Source of the DNA: Lytechinus pictus
Taxonomy: Eukaryota
DNA: 64,000 nt
NCBI RefSeq assembly: GCF_037042905.1
Contig: NC_087250.1
Span: forward strand, 24,988,001-25,052,000
Direction of reading: 5' to 3'
Shown here one piece after another: positions 1 through 12,591 of the stretch. Under the pieces are notes generated by a model. It was not told the DNA's origin. It did no database searches and saw only the letters and a program-made list of their open reading frames with translations. The position numbers and the translations under genes were made by a program. Within the stretch, counting starts at the first letter, position 1. Each line of letters opens with the position of its first letter.

Positions 1-46
<46 letters not shown>

Positions 47-69
47 ACCAATATATATATATATCTATA

Positions 70-115
<46 letters not shown>
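1..115. repeat. (TA)n microsatellite
   Basis: Almost pure ATATAT run with two interruptions (ctatacca). Confidence 0.95.
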
Positions 116-116
<1 letters not shown>

Positions 117-219
117 TTCGGGAATACTATCCTTGTATAGAGTGCTCAATGTCCTTCACAGGAAGAGCTTTGAATAATAAACACAAGTTCACAAGGTTGA
201 CTGGAGGTTCATCAAATTT

Positions 220-273
220 AATTGCAACTCTGAGTTTCACGCAACCTACGTGAGGTGCGATCGTCAGGCAAGT
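220..273 (-). ncRNA. Mirror copy of the minimal hammerhead ribozyme
   Basis: Reverse complement of 271-324, produced by the palindrome. Confidence 0.75.
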
Positions 274-324
274 TGCCTGACGATCGCACCTCACGTAGGT
301 TGCGTGAAACTCAGAGTTGCAATT
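271..324 (+). ncRNA. Minimal type-I hammerhead ribozyme (Penelope-type)
   Basis: Stem I agttgc, core CTGACGA, stem II cgcacct/aggttgcg, GAAA, short stem III (actc-a-gagt), GUU triplet, then stem I' gcaatt. Confidence 0.8.
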
Positions 325-529
325 AAATTTGATGAACCTCCAGTCAACCTTGTGAACTTGTGTTTATTATATATATATATATATATATACATCTTGGTTT
401 TCCACGTATTGGCAATAATAATAATAAGACATCAGAAATGCGAAACAAATTCACGAGTAATGCAGTTTTTGCAGTGCCAACAATTAAGTTCTTTTATTCA
501 CTCTCCAAATTTTTGGTAGACATCTACCT

Positions 530-1125
530 TATTCAGGGAAGATTCGTGAATTGTGACAAGTTTGAATGACAGTTGTTTTTATTAAAGCGTGCGCGATCTC
601 AGCGGGACAAGGGTAACCACTGCTAGGTGCGCAAAATGCTGTTATGAATGTATAGTGCGCGCTTTTGGGTAATAGACCATTAATGACGTAAGTTACGTAA
701 TAATAAAAGAGAAAGTCAAGAAGGGGCCTAAGCTTTCGATCCTAGCAGAATCTTCGTCGGAGGCAAAATGATAAAAGATAAAAATAATAAAAGAGTATGA
801 TTTAGGTTTCGTAACAATAAAAAGATTTCGTAATAAAAAGAGTGTCTAGCTGAGACCGCGCACGCTGCACATTGCACAGAGAGATAATAATAAACAAGAT
901 AGCAGAATTAAGGAAATTAAGGCAAAGAGGAGAAAGATATGATTATCTATAGAATGTGAATGCGTTGAGCCAAGACAGATCTTTGTTGAGGCCACTTTCA
1001 AACGTGCGGCTTTTGACGATATGTCTCAGCTCAGCCCATTTCCGTTCCTCTGCCGATCTGTATCCTCCGCCGAAGATGCAGACTTTGATATCTTTGACAG
1101 AGTGATTAGGGAGGTTGATGTGAGA
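530..1125 (-). mobile_element. 5'-truncated Penelope-like retroelement (GIY-YIG C-terminus plus 3' region with hammerhead remnant)
   Basis: 943-1125(-) translates SHINLPNHSVKDIKVCIFGGGYRSAEERKWAELRHIVKSRTFESGLNKDLSWLNAFTFYR*. This fits the PLE GIY-YIG tail pattern (HFN..H...D...; R...E..I....T...GLN.D). The 3' boundary is approximate. Confidence 0.8.
726..764 (-). ncRNA. Degenerate minimal hammerhead ribozyme
   Basis: gcct-CCGACGA-agattc tgcta ggatc-GAAA-gctt-aggc. The CUGANGA core carries a U>C change; stem III is the palindromic aagctt. Confidence 0.65.
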
Positions 1126-1514
1126 AAGAACAAATCATTCCAAAATACTATGCTAGCGTGATTGGTAAGAAAGGGAAATAAACAACAAAGATGACAAAAT
1201 AGCAAACAACAGCGGGAAATTAAGGTAGAATGGAATGAGTCAAAAGTTCTATTGGAAAATTAAGAAAACGGACAAGAAAAAAACAGAGAACTATAAACAC
1301 AACCGGGCTTTTATTTCGTTTTATTTTTTTATTTTGAATTTATTATTATGTTTTTTTCTCTTTTTAGGGGGGTTCTCTCTCCTCCAAATTTAATCATTCA
1401 ATCTTACAAAGACTTGTTGCACAAGGCATTTGCATGTTCTAATTCTTTATCTGTTACTGTGTTAGAATAAAATATTGCTGTGCTTGATATCGATCCGAAT
1501 CAGCATTCATGTTG

Positions 1515-1680
1515 GAGGTGCCGTGACCGAGTGGTCTAAGGTGCCTGGCTATACATGGAGAGTCCGGGATCGATCCCCGCGGCTACGACACCTTTGCTCT
1601 TATATCCTTCATTCAGATAAATGGAAATGCTTTACGCATTATTTGTAAGTAGGTGTGCACTTGTTTGTTTAAAAAAATGA
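1515..1680 (+). mobile_element. tRNA-derived SINE (degenerate)
   Basis: A-box-like gtgaccgagtgg and B-box-like gggatcgatccc, with an A-rich tail. Confidence 0.6.
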
Positions 1681-3600
1681 AAAGCGTATCTCCCCTAATC
1701 TATCCTCTGTTGGAAATAATTATAACGGGACTTTACTCAGGGTACCTCCTCGCTCTTTTTGTTGTAGAATTAAGACGTTTATGTCAAGGTTTTTTTTCTG
1801 CACCACTTTTAGAATCATTATAAACCTTTTTCTATTGCCTTTTTTCATTAATATACCTTTATGTATTTTGTACTAATTTCAAATCATTCCAATGCTGTAA
1901 ATTATACCCCCCCCAATGATCGGTAATAGACGATATTGAACAAATTATTCGCGTTTTTGTTCTCACTGTCTCAATCTAACATAAGCATTAATAAAACATG
2001 AGCACACAAGCCATTAGTAAAGGTGAGGTACAAATTATTTTGAAGGCCCATCTTACCATTATTCTTACAAGGGATAGTTTTTTTTTTTTAACATGCGGTT
2101 AAAGTTCAGGTCATAATGACTCGCTTGATAGATTACATGTCAAGAGTCCGGGTGAGAGTAAACGCCATCGACATTCAAGCAAGCCGATGGCACAATTGGA
2201 ATACTCCCTCCTCCGTGGTTTTAGGTCCAACCTTTTATATCATGACATTCTTTTTCTTTCACGAAGATTATTATAAAACCCCGGTTTAACCACTGATGTG
2301 TAGAAGATAATTGATTGACATGGAACGTTGTTTCGTCTTGCAGTCGCGCGTGACTTGCAAGTTGACTATTGTTCTCAAAGCAGCCTCCTCATTGGTTAAT
2401 CATTTCGCCTTTTTTGGCAAGCGGTTACTAGGGCATTTCGGTTAGCTCGGCGGTGGCAAAATAGATTTTTTTCATGGAGCAGGGTCAAAACGGAAGTCAA
2501 ACTTCGAAGGCGTTTTTCTCTTGATTTTTATTTTCAAGAGCCCAATTCTTCTTGCATTCTAAGGCTAATATCTCTACTAATATTTACTTTTAAGGGTCGA
2601 GTGATATATCAAATTAAAGGTAAAGAAACGGGGTATAATAATCACTAAAAAAATTGGATTTGGAACATTCCGACTTGTCTCTCATTTCGGTATGTCGAGT
2701 CACACATATATATATATATATATATTGTAACGAAATGAAAGGTTTATTTGATTATCAGTATTGTTTTGGAACGGCAAAGTCTGTAGAATAATTTTTAATC
2801 CATATGCATAGTTGTATAGCGAAATTCATTAATCGCTTGTAATCGATTATGTAGTGATTTCCTGTAAAAAATGTAATTATGCCTTTTTGCTGAGAAATAT
2901 CGAAGTTTACAACTGTATAATTGTTTTAGCTAATTATCTTTAATAATTTTACACTGTTTGGATATACAAAAGAAGTGACAATCACCATTGTCTTAGCTGA
3001 AAAGATTTATTCTATGACTTTACCTATTTTCAAAAAGTGATAAAATTTTAGTGCCTGACAAGCTCCCTCTGGAATCGATTAGTTAGATCGATACAGGTCA
3101 TAAAAATGTATACTAATGATACTAGAGGGCGTACTTCGTCAAATCTCTGTGATTACGCGGAGACCGGCCGCCATTACTCGATAGGTTTTCGCAGCCTGCC
3201 ATGCGCGTACATTACCTATGGGGCATGTACAGTGATAGCACAGAAACGGAACAAAATGATGACATACGAGCTTGAAAGCAAATGGAAAAGCAAAATATTG
3301 TAAATCGCACTGGATTAAAGTTCAAATTAACAAAGAATCTATCAAAACTAACGACAAAACTGCCTATATAGACCTATCTATAGGGCATAATATATCCTAC
3401 AAATAATACAGTCCTACGATAATATGATCCCCAATCGTTTTTGCTTTGGTCATAACATTTCGATGTATCATATATATGACTTCTTTTTTTTCTGATGATT
3501 TGGAAGGGATGAATATTAAAAATAACATCCAGCTCGGCCTAGGCATATCGTTCAAGGTCCTGCAAATTTAATATGATCTGGTGTTCAAGTTGACCTCAGA

Positions 3601-4000
3601 AATTTCATAGGCCCTTTCACAGTGTCTGATGCATCCGAGACACAAGCTATCGAAAATAACACGATTGCATTTTTTTTTCAAGCATAGTTTCCTAATTACT
3701 ATGATGCTGATTGCTGATAATTTATTTCTTTACTTATGATAATTTTTACAATTCATTTTCCATATAGATCTACACATAGAAATCATATATAGAATATAGA
3801 AATTTCATAGGCCCTTTCACAGTGTCTGATGCATCCGAGACACAAGCTATCGAAAATAACACGATTGCATTTTTTTTTCAAGCATAGTTTCCTAATTACT
3901 ATGATGCTGATTGCTGATAATTTATTTCTTTACTTATGATAATTTTTACAATTCATTTTCCATATAGATCTACACATAGAAATCATATATAGAATATAGA
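3601..4000. repeat. Exact 200-bp tandem duplication
   Basis: 3601-3800 is identical to 3801-4000, with AGA microhomology at the junctions. Confidence 0.95.
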
Positions 4001-6294
4001 GCCTATAACTCCTTTCCCCATGGTTTTAAACGTCGATGTAACCAACATCACAATAACTCGTGAGTCATAAAATGACTTTTATTGATAATATTTGAAAATG
4101 ATTTATGCATTGGTCCAGTTAATTGATAAGTTTATGATTTAAATTTCCAATGCTGTCAACCATCCGGTCATATTGATTACTTATATAATTACGCGCGAGC
4201 AATTAAGAAATGTTTGTTGACAGCAAAATTTGCATATCAAATGCACGCATGCAGTATAGTACAATTTTGCAATGTACAGGAGGCCATGGGGTAAAGTGTA
4301 GGATGTTTACCGTGTGTTATTGACTTGCAAACATTTCAATATTTCGGAGAGTAAACAAATTACAATGCGTGTTTAACGCAACATAGAACAATTTCACTTT
4401 GATTTTCTGGAAAGTCTTTGATTCACTCCGGCTGAAATGCTATGCAGATCGGCAAACCGGCTGAAATATTCTGTTGATATAATTATGGCCGGAGTTTGTG
4501 ATCCTATAATGATTGGACCAATATTATGTGAACAAATCAAGGATAGAATAATAAGAAGGAGAGGAATAAGGAGGAGAAGAGAAGAAAAATGGCGGGAAGA
4601 CTGAGGATATTTGTATTATACTACAAAGATTGTTATTACTAAAACTAAGTGTAAAAAACCAGTTGATAACAATATCATGAAAGAGATTCATAAATGCAAA
4701 CTTAATAAACTTATATAAAAACGGTTGCAAAATTGTGAGTACTAAAACCAAACATAATATTATTTGAATATTGCAAAACTGAAAATACTTGGAATAAGAT
4801 GTTATACAAACTGTCAGCTGTTGAGTGATCATCATAATTACCTGTCTTGAAATTGTGTTAATTAACTGTGTCTGTGTTAAATTTATGGCAAAGATTTCCA
4901 AACACTGGCACCGGCCTATGTCATAAACCGGTAGACATGCGTTTTGCATATTCAGTTTTGTTTGTCACTTTAAAAATATATCTAATTTGATCTTCTAATT
5001 TTATTCTTTTAATTTCATTGGCTAGCCTATGGACCTGAGTCTGATTATTCAGGTTTGTTTTATAATAAGGTTTTCACGGATGAACAAAATTATAATATCA
5101 TTTACATACGGGGCCGCAGAATGATTTTGAAACAGGGGGTGCATAAAATCACAATCATTTATTATGTCATGTTCATTTTCACTTTAGGGAGGGATCCATG
5201 CAGTCGTGCCCCTATTTTATTTTTATCATAGTGTGTCAAAGTAATTTTGATTGGGTGCGTATGACACTTTAATTACACCCACCCCTTAAAAAGCGAATAA
5301 AAAATCGATTCTAGAATGTACACTGGTGTAACGCCAAGAAAAGTAATGAGATACCCTTTATACTACTTGCTATTATAATAGCGCATAATCAAAGATCAAA
5401 ACACTAACTTATACAAATTATTGTTAATGATATATTTCTTACAAATTAAAGCAAGTTACATATAGTAGGCCTATATAGAAATTAAAATATTATATCCAAC
5501 ATGAACAAATTGGTCATGAGAACATCAAGTAACGTGAATTAAGGAAATGTGGATAAGGACGATGCAGTTAAAGGTAGGGATATCCAGCGGAGAAGATGGG
5601 CTAATTCACTGTCTTTTGAATTAATTGTCAATTTTTCCATTAATGTACGTTTATATTTTTATTTTTATCTGATATGATAAATATTATTATCTATTATCAT
5701 CTAAAATAGGCCTTTAAACAGAGAGGTAAATGCAAAAATTATAAGAGAATTTCATCCCGAGAAGTCAGGTATAAATGCCAAATTCACAGCATAATCCCCA
5801 TGTAATCACACTAATGATTAATTGAGATGCAATTTGTCATTAATATTTTCGATCGTAATGAGGTTGGATTCTTTTCTTCAAGAAAAAAGGCCGGAGACGG
5901 CATTCCTTTTTCACAGCGTTACAACGCACGAGCTATGTGTACATCCGGGTACTTCTGTAAATCAAGACCTATCGAGCAATGGCCGACCACGCTCCGCGCA
6001 ATCACAGACGTTAAGTACGCGCGCCTATGGCGACTCCGCACTCTAGCGTAATTAGTATACATCTCTATGATACAGGTCTACTTTCTGCTCGATTACAAAC
6101 CAGGCTACTATGCCGACAAGTAGTATTTCCTACCATAAACTCTGCTCAAGTTCTACTTAATCCTGCTGCGACAGGGTGAGCATGTACGTATTCTAGTAAA
6201 GTTTGAAGAAAGGAATTCTTAGTACTCATGCTTGTCGTTATGTTGAGTACAGAGCTACAGAATGCATGGTCTGAAAGCAGAAGCACGAAAGTGT

Positions 6295-6575
6295 TGGAAG
6301 TACTGACTGGAAAAAGTGAGAAGTACGGAAAATACTGACTTTACCGAAGTACGGAAAATACTGACTTTTCCGAAGTACGGAATATACTGACTTTACTGAA
6401 GTACGGAAAATACCGACTTTCCTGAGATACTGAAAATACTGACTCGAGAGAAGATACGGAAAGTACTGAGACGAGAGAAGAGACGGGAAATACTGACCTT
6501 ACCGAGATTCCGAGATGAGTGAGGATGCTTGAAAGTTCTGATATTACCGAGATACTGAAATTACGGAAATACTGA
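6295..6575. repeat. Degenerate ~25-bp minisatellite (gaagtacggaaaatactgacttt)
   Basis: Repeated aagtacggaaaatactgac units; probably internal to an unclassified element at ~5800-6747. Confidence 0.7.
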
Positions 6576-6852
6576 ATGCTGGGTATTCGGTCTTCAACAT
6601 GGTTGTGCGGTTCCACGAGATATGATATAAGATATTGTGAAGGAGTAAAGAGTCAGAAGTGAAGAAAGACGGACTTTACATCAACTGGTAGTATATTGCA
6701 GCTGAAACGAACCAGCTCGTCAGGAAAGAAAGTCGATTCGGCTACAATATAAATATATATACTGCTACGTAATCAAATTTTGAGGTACTTCAGAGCGTCT
6801 TTGAGAAGTTTTCCTTCTTAAATATTATTACAAAATCAGATTTTCTTCTCAT

Positions 6853-7130
6853 TTAACCCTTGCTCAGGCATGGAATGCGATTCTTGAAAATCAACATAGG
6901 GCCTAAACATACTGCATAGTCTTTGCTGTAAGGATGTGCAATGTAGATTCGTAGAGCGGGCTGTGTGGGGTTTCTCATGAACAGAGGCTGTGATACTTCA
7001 CATATGAACTGAACTCCATGAATATCGCTTGAAGACAGAGCAAAGTACTGAAGATGACGCGTTGAGAAGGTAACCCTGCCTTCGGAGGTTTCGACAGATT
7101 TAGGAAGCAATGTCCTGTACCCGAATTCTC
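6853..7130 (-). CDS. ZU5 C-terminus / UPA-like start; last identifiable exon
   Basis: VTFSTRHLQYFALSS...LRIYIAHPY. It either ends at the stop at 6853 or splices at a gtatgt donor (exon end 6913) to exons I could not identify. Confidence 0.8.
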
Positions 7131-7308
7131 CTAGAATATGCAAAAGACAAGAAAATATTTAGTGTTAAAAATAAATTATCGTGTTGAGTCCAAATGTGAC
7201 TGCATATCAATATGAAGAGTTTCATATTAACACCCCCAAAGCAGACAAAAAATCAAACAAGAGAATTAATTCTTATTAGAAACGTATACTAACTAAATTT
7301 GATATTAC

Positions 7309-7653
7309 CTGGACCTATTTTGCTGTAAAGCTTTACACTCAAGTCTTTCTTCTTTTGCTTGTCTTGGTCTGGTGTGATGCAATGAGGAAGCACTGTAGTT
7401 GCCGATTTGAGAAGGTCATGGTTGAAGGAACACTGGATGATCGGTGTTATGAGAACCTCGCCAGCATCCAGGGGTAACTTGGATGAACTTCCTTTTAGGA
7501 CAGTGAGAGTAACAAGTGATCTCATTCCTTTGGGAATCGCTCCTGAAGGAATGGACACTCTGATGCCAATGTCATCTAGCTTCAGCTCTCCACCATCGTG
7601 ATCAATGATGCCATGTGTAAACGGAATAAAGAAACCCGGGTGATGTTGCATGG
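7309..7653 (-). CDS. ZU5 domain exon 2
   Basis: GIIDHDGGELKLDDIGIRVSIPSGAIPKG...ITPIIQC...LPHC is a classic ZU5; phase 1-1. Confidence 0.9.
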
Positions 7654-8292
7654 CTGTTATTGGGAAGTATAAAACATGGGGTCAGCAAATAGATATCATG
7701 GATATTGTGGCCTTTTCAAGAGAAGATCTTTCAATATCATACATGTACATTCAATGATTTAAACTTGAAATGGAGTGATTAAAATAAGATGAAACATCAA
7801 TAAATATTCTATTGAAATACGATAGATGAAGAATAACCTGTAGCACATTTCCTAACACTGATACGTACATTCTAGAAATGAATGAACACACATTGAATTC
7901 GCCTCCAAGTTGTATTGATTGCACAATGATACGCTGAAGAATGAAGCAGAATCACTATTGATGGGTTAGAGCTACAAGGGTCGGCAAATAGCTATTGTTG
8001 GGTTCTTTAAGTGATGATCTTTCAGTGAATAAAACTAGAACTGGCATGATTATTATATGAGTAAGTATCAATCAACATGTCTCTTTCAATGAATTACAAT
8101 AGTTGAAGATTAGCTATGGTAAATTTCCTAACCTCGAAACGGGCATTCAATAAATATCACGAATGAACACACATCCTGAATTCGGTTAAACTAACAAAAG
8201 CTTTATACGTCTTTCTTACAAGAATTTATAGATTATTTACTTTTAAAACAATTTTAACTTTGATATTTTCGTACATGGCTGGAAGTGCCTAC

Positions 8293-8541
8293 CTGTAGCT
8301 ATGTGTTCTGCAGCATCAGGAAAATTAAAAGCTTGAGCAATTTCAAGCAACCTCAGCCTTGTTCCTCCTTGTTTGACCCATCTCTGAAGCATTTGGAGAA
8401 TCACCCGACGTATCAAGGCAGGTTCAAAGGCCAAATACGATGACATCACCTGAAGAATTTCAGAAGCTGGTAGAACCAGCCGTTGGGTGAGGTCGATGAA
8501 GTCTGGAGTTGTACGAATCTTGGCAGAGATGTCACCAATAC
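8293..8541 (-). CDS. Death-fold domain 4 exon
   Basis: FIDLTQRLVLPASEILQV...VILQMLQRWVKQGGTRLRLLEIAQAFNFPDAAEHI; phase 1-1. Confidence 0.85.
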
Positions 8542-8752
8542 CTTTTTCATAGGGGAACATAATCACATAATAACCTAACGTTGAATGAGGACTCATGTTT
8601 CCCATATGCCAAAATATATACTAAAACATTTTTTTTGGTAATTTTAAATCATTTTGACCAGTTTCCATTCCAACGACATTATCTACAAAAAGCGTGTTAA
8701 AATCAATACCAGTAAAGGAGAATTATTATTAAAATGTAATTCGTTATCCAAC

Positions 8753-9046
8753 CTGTATAAGTATCTCCGATGTTGTATCCTTGAAGAAGCGCAGTCATCT
8801 TCTCTCCCTTTTCTTGTCTTCCTAAACGTTTACACCATTGATGAAGGAGTTTCCATGCTAGTCTCTCCATTAATGCAGGGTCGCGAGGAGCAATAAGACT
8901 TATGATGTCATTAACGTCCAAACGAAGAGCTTTAGCTACTTGTAAGGCCAACGTGACATTCGCTACTGGACGAACAACTGCACAAAGTTCTGAATTACCA
9001 GGTGAACCTCCATACTCGTCGAAGTCTCCAACAATTTCATCTTTGT
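8753..9046 (-). CDS. Death-fold domain 3 exon
   Basis: ALQVAKALRLDVNDIISL...LAWKLLHQWCKR...MTALLQGY; phase 1-1. Confidence 0.8.
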
Positions 9047-9445
9047 CTACGATTTAATAATAAATGTTGGCTTAACGTTTTAATAAAGATAACCTGTTAC
9101 ACCCTGCGTACACATAATTGATAACAACTTCATCTGAATTTTGTCTTCAGCATAAATGTTGCCGATAATTCAGGGTTTTAAGCTTCAGATATGTGCATCT
9201 TTATTATTACTATGACTCTTTTATTTTCCTACTAAGCCCATCCCCCCCCCACCACACCCCCCCCCCTCCATCCCTCACACCTCGATCAGTTTATACACCC
9301 ATAAGCGATCATTATTTTATCTATAACCCCCCCCCCCTGCGCTTTAGAAAAGTTCGCTAGGTAGATGGCGCATAATAAATACTGTATCTATAATTATTTA
9401 TTAATCACACCCTCTCTCTCCATCCATACCCTGCTTCATTCGTAC

Positions 9446-9586
9446 CTGACCCTAAGTATTCGATGATCTTCCAATCTTCATTGTCTTCCTTTTCATCTTG
9501 TGCTGGTTCTTGTTGTGGTGATGGGTCAGCATTCACTTCCGGGTCAAGAACAATCTCACCATCATCTTCATCTCTATTCTCATCAT
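9446..9586 (-). CDS. Acidic linker exon
   Basis: cag|DDENRDEDDGEIVLDPEVNADPSPQQEPAQDEKEDNEDWKIIEYLGS|gt; phase 1-1. Confidence 0.85.
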
Positions 9587-9909
9587 CTGCATAATATTGT
9601 ATATATTGATAGGGTGTAATGCATTTGGGAATCTTACTTGATAATAACCTTTGAAACTCATCGTCTTGTGCCGTACAAATCAGTGGTTTGCTGTTTACAC
9701 GCGACCCCCCCCCCCCCCCCCAAAGAAATAAATATAAATCACAGGAAAATATTGACCGTGTTTTGGAGTTAATGGCGTTTTTTTTTTTTATTATTTACTC
9801 GCCATATTTTGACGAGGCAAGTGCTATCCACTTCTATTTGTACGGTCGACCGTTTCTGTGAGAAAAAAAAATAAAATGTTTTGACAACTATAGTGAAGCC
9901 CGGCATAAA

Positions 9910-11791
9910 GGCAGTTTATAATCACTCGCGTCGCGTGCGGGTTCGTAATCACTCGCGTTTTGAATTTTTGGCGATTTTTTTATTTCGGTGCGATTTTTTT
10001 TTACGGTGTATTCAATGGGACAGACATGCAGAGAAATAAAATGAAATTGAAATTCGAGTTTCGTTTTAAGCCGGCAATTAAGTGCCTTAAAATAAAATGT
10101 ACTCGACTACTGTTCTAAGTACCAAGAATAGATAACACGCTTGATCCGCCCCAGACAGCTGGCAGCAGTCTGTTTCGAGGAGTTTTCAAACATTTTTTTT
10201 TTAATTTCTCTGTATTTGGTGAGTGGAGCCAACGGAGTTCAGCGGAACAACCAACATGATTAATAAACACAGAGACCGAAGCTTTTGGTCAAGATCAGCC
10301 CCTGTGGCTGTGCGCGCTCTCACGCGCGACGATCAAAGCCAAGGTACCGTACCGTACCGGTGCCTTTCTGAAAACTGAAGTTGTGGGCTACATCATTCAT
10401 CCAGGCCCCTGATCCAACTCCAAGCACGAGGTAACTCAGATTGAGCCAAAAATAATGGATTGGAAAACAGAAGACATGGCTTCAGGGAGTCACAGGTAAT
10501 AAAAAATTCCTAATATTACCAGTATTTGTTATTTATGTTTTACATTCTCAGTCTTCCCCTTATTTTATCTTCTCTTTCTCTTCTTCTACATCCTCCCCTC
10601 AATTTTCTCTTCTTAGTTTCATTTTTACCCCCCTTATGTCCTCCATCTTCTTTTTTCTTCTACTTCTCCTCCTCCTTCCTTCTTGCTTTTCTTCTTCAGC
10701 ACTATTTTCCTCCCTCATTTACGTTAGTGTAGAATAATTCACAAAGAAAGGGAGAAGCAAGATAAATAATGATATTATGAAATTGTAGCACCTCACTATG
10801 CTTTATAAATAATACCTCAGACTTCAGGAGAAATCCTCCAAAGCTAAATCGAGAGTAGCCTTTCCTCCTTTTTCTTTTATTCCTTTCTCCTTTCTTTCTC
10901 CCTTCCTTCCTTGCTTCTTTCTTCCTTTCTGTCTGTCTGTATTTTTTTTCTTTCTCTTTTTCTCCCTCTTTCCCTTCCTTTCTCCCCCCCCCCTCTCTCT
11001 CTCTTTTTTAGGGGGAGCATCCCCCCGCTTCCGCCGCCTATGGCTCTAAGATTTAATCTGGCGTGCAATGGCCTACCGTAATTTACGTGTAGGAATCATT
11101 TCACCTGATGAAATAGTGAATGCTTCCAGATCGTTTCGTGTTCCAGCAACAGTATTATCGTCTTCGGTCTCAATCATAAATATTAATATGTCATTGAAGC
11201 CCTCGCTGGCATGCTCATGCATTGGATGATTTTCACCGACCAAAAATAAACAACAACAAAGACATAAGAGATTCAGTGAAATTCAAGTTAGGTGTCAAGA
11301 GGCTAAGAGTGTCGAGAGAGCACGAAAAAGTAAAAACATGTACGACTTGCACAAGAATCTTTTTAAGGATACCGTAGACATTAGTTCGTGTGTTTGCGTG
11401 TGTTTGCGACCAATAACTTCAGTACAGTGCCGGTACCAAATTGATCAGTGTGCGGAGAAAGAAGTACATGTTGGGGTAAATGGGAGATAACGATGTGGGA
11501 TGTACACAAAATCAACAGAAATCAGGTCAAATATGTGGAATGTGATTATGTTAAAACAGTAGTCAAAATTTGCTTGTTATCTTAAAACAGTGGTCGAGAA
11601 CATTTTATTTAAGGCACTTGCCGGCTTAAAACGAAACTCGAATTTCATTTTCCCAGTACGTTTGTCCCATTGAAGACACCGTTAGAAAAAAAATCGCACC
11701 GAAATAAAAAAAAAAATCGCCAAAAATAAAAAACGCGAGTGATTACCAACGCGACGCGAGTGATTACGAACGCGAGTGAATATAATAAGCC
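9910..11791. mobile_element. Non-autonomous TIR DNA transposon (MULE/Merlin-like) with ~200-bp TIRs and 8-10-bp TSD
   Basis: ~9910-10120 is the inverted, diverged match of ~11581-11791. Direct repeat (cc)ggcataaa at 9902-9909 and 11792-11799. Confidence 0.75.
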
Positions 11792-12055
11792 GGCATAAAT
11801 GCTTGTTCGCGCTTGCTGTTTCAATTATCATTTGTAAATTTGTACCTTTTTTCTTCAAAGAACCATACAAAATTGTAAGGTATAGGTGGATATATGATTT
11901 CTTTCATTATGCTGTGAAATAAAAAGGACCATTGCAATAAATTTTGACAAGTTATATAAATTACTAAAATCGAACACCACTATACTTAAACAACTTAATA
12001 TCATTTTTTTTTCCATTAATTTTGCATGTTCTTTTCTTAACATGATGTCGATTAC

Positions 12056-12315
12056 CATTCATGTCCGTAGCTTTTGAGGCCTCTTTCAACGATTTCCAGA
12101 CGGTCCTAAGTTTCTCATCCGGTTTATCTGATGATATCTGAGATGCTTTCCACATCGAGAGCATTTGGATGTTAGCATCTTTCCTATTGTACAGGGATCG
12201 ATGCTCGATGTGGTGCAATTCTATCTCGTCAAATCCAAGTTGAACCCCGATTTCATAGAACTTCTCTTTGCTGATATGACGGGCAACTTGTAACAGCGTT
12301 GTATCAGGAATCTCT
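12056..12315 (-). CDS. Death domain 2 exon
   Basis: EIPDTTLLQVARHISKEKFYEIGVQLGFDEIELHHIE...ANIQMLSMWK; paralogous to DD1; phase 2-1. Confidence 0.9.
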
Positions 12316-12591
12316 CTGTATCATTGGATTGAAATCATGAATTCACTATTGGTAATTTAAGCCATTATTATACATATCAACTTGAAACAAGTCAAGTAAC
12401 AACATTGATATTTTTTCATCATTACTGTAATTCAGAAGACATATTCAATATTCAAATGATTTACGTCCAATTTCCAATGTTTTGAATAGAGTAGAAAATA
12501 TTTTCCCTTACACATTATTTTCATATATTGCTGGCTTTTTTTTTCATTTGTCTATGATAACACGTAAACTATACATACTAAAGAAACTTAC

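Larger units (their letters stand above)
174..370. repeat. Perfect 197-bp palindrome (98-bp arms, 1-nt loop at 272), Penelope-like terminal sequence
   Basis: ataataaacacaagttc...caggcaa-g-ttgcctg...gaacttgtgtttattat; base x pairs with base 544-x. Flanked by (TA)n. Confidence 0.95.

Noticed and set aside
1515..1590. Functional tRNA genes at SINE heads (also 25224, 27900, 59470-59720)
   Set aside because: Stems are broken or boxes degenerate, and they continue into SINE or MITE bodies, unlike 13660-13731.
3380..4950. Further 3' exons of the gene (including ORF 4524-4949)
   Set aside because: Some splice-like signals, but stops in the candidate frames and no recognisable domain.
6700..6730. 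ctgacga on the minus strand as another hammerhead
   Set aside because: No correctly placed GAAA or stem II follows.
10526..11068. Hydrophobic and basic ORFs (also 38418-38711, 52863-53099)
   Set aside because: Translations of low-complexity CT or T tracts.
11105..11236. Constitutive exon of the ankyrin gene
   Set aside because: No AG acceptor, it lies within a TSD-flanked TIR element, and it is not needed for frame. Kept only as a possible cargo or alternative exon.
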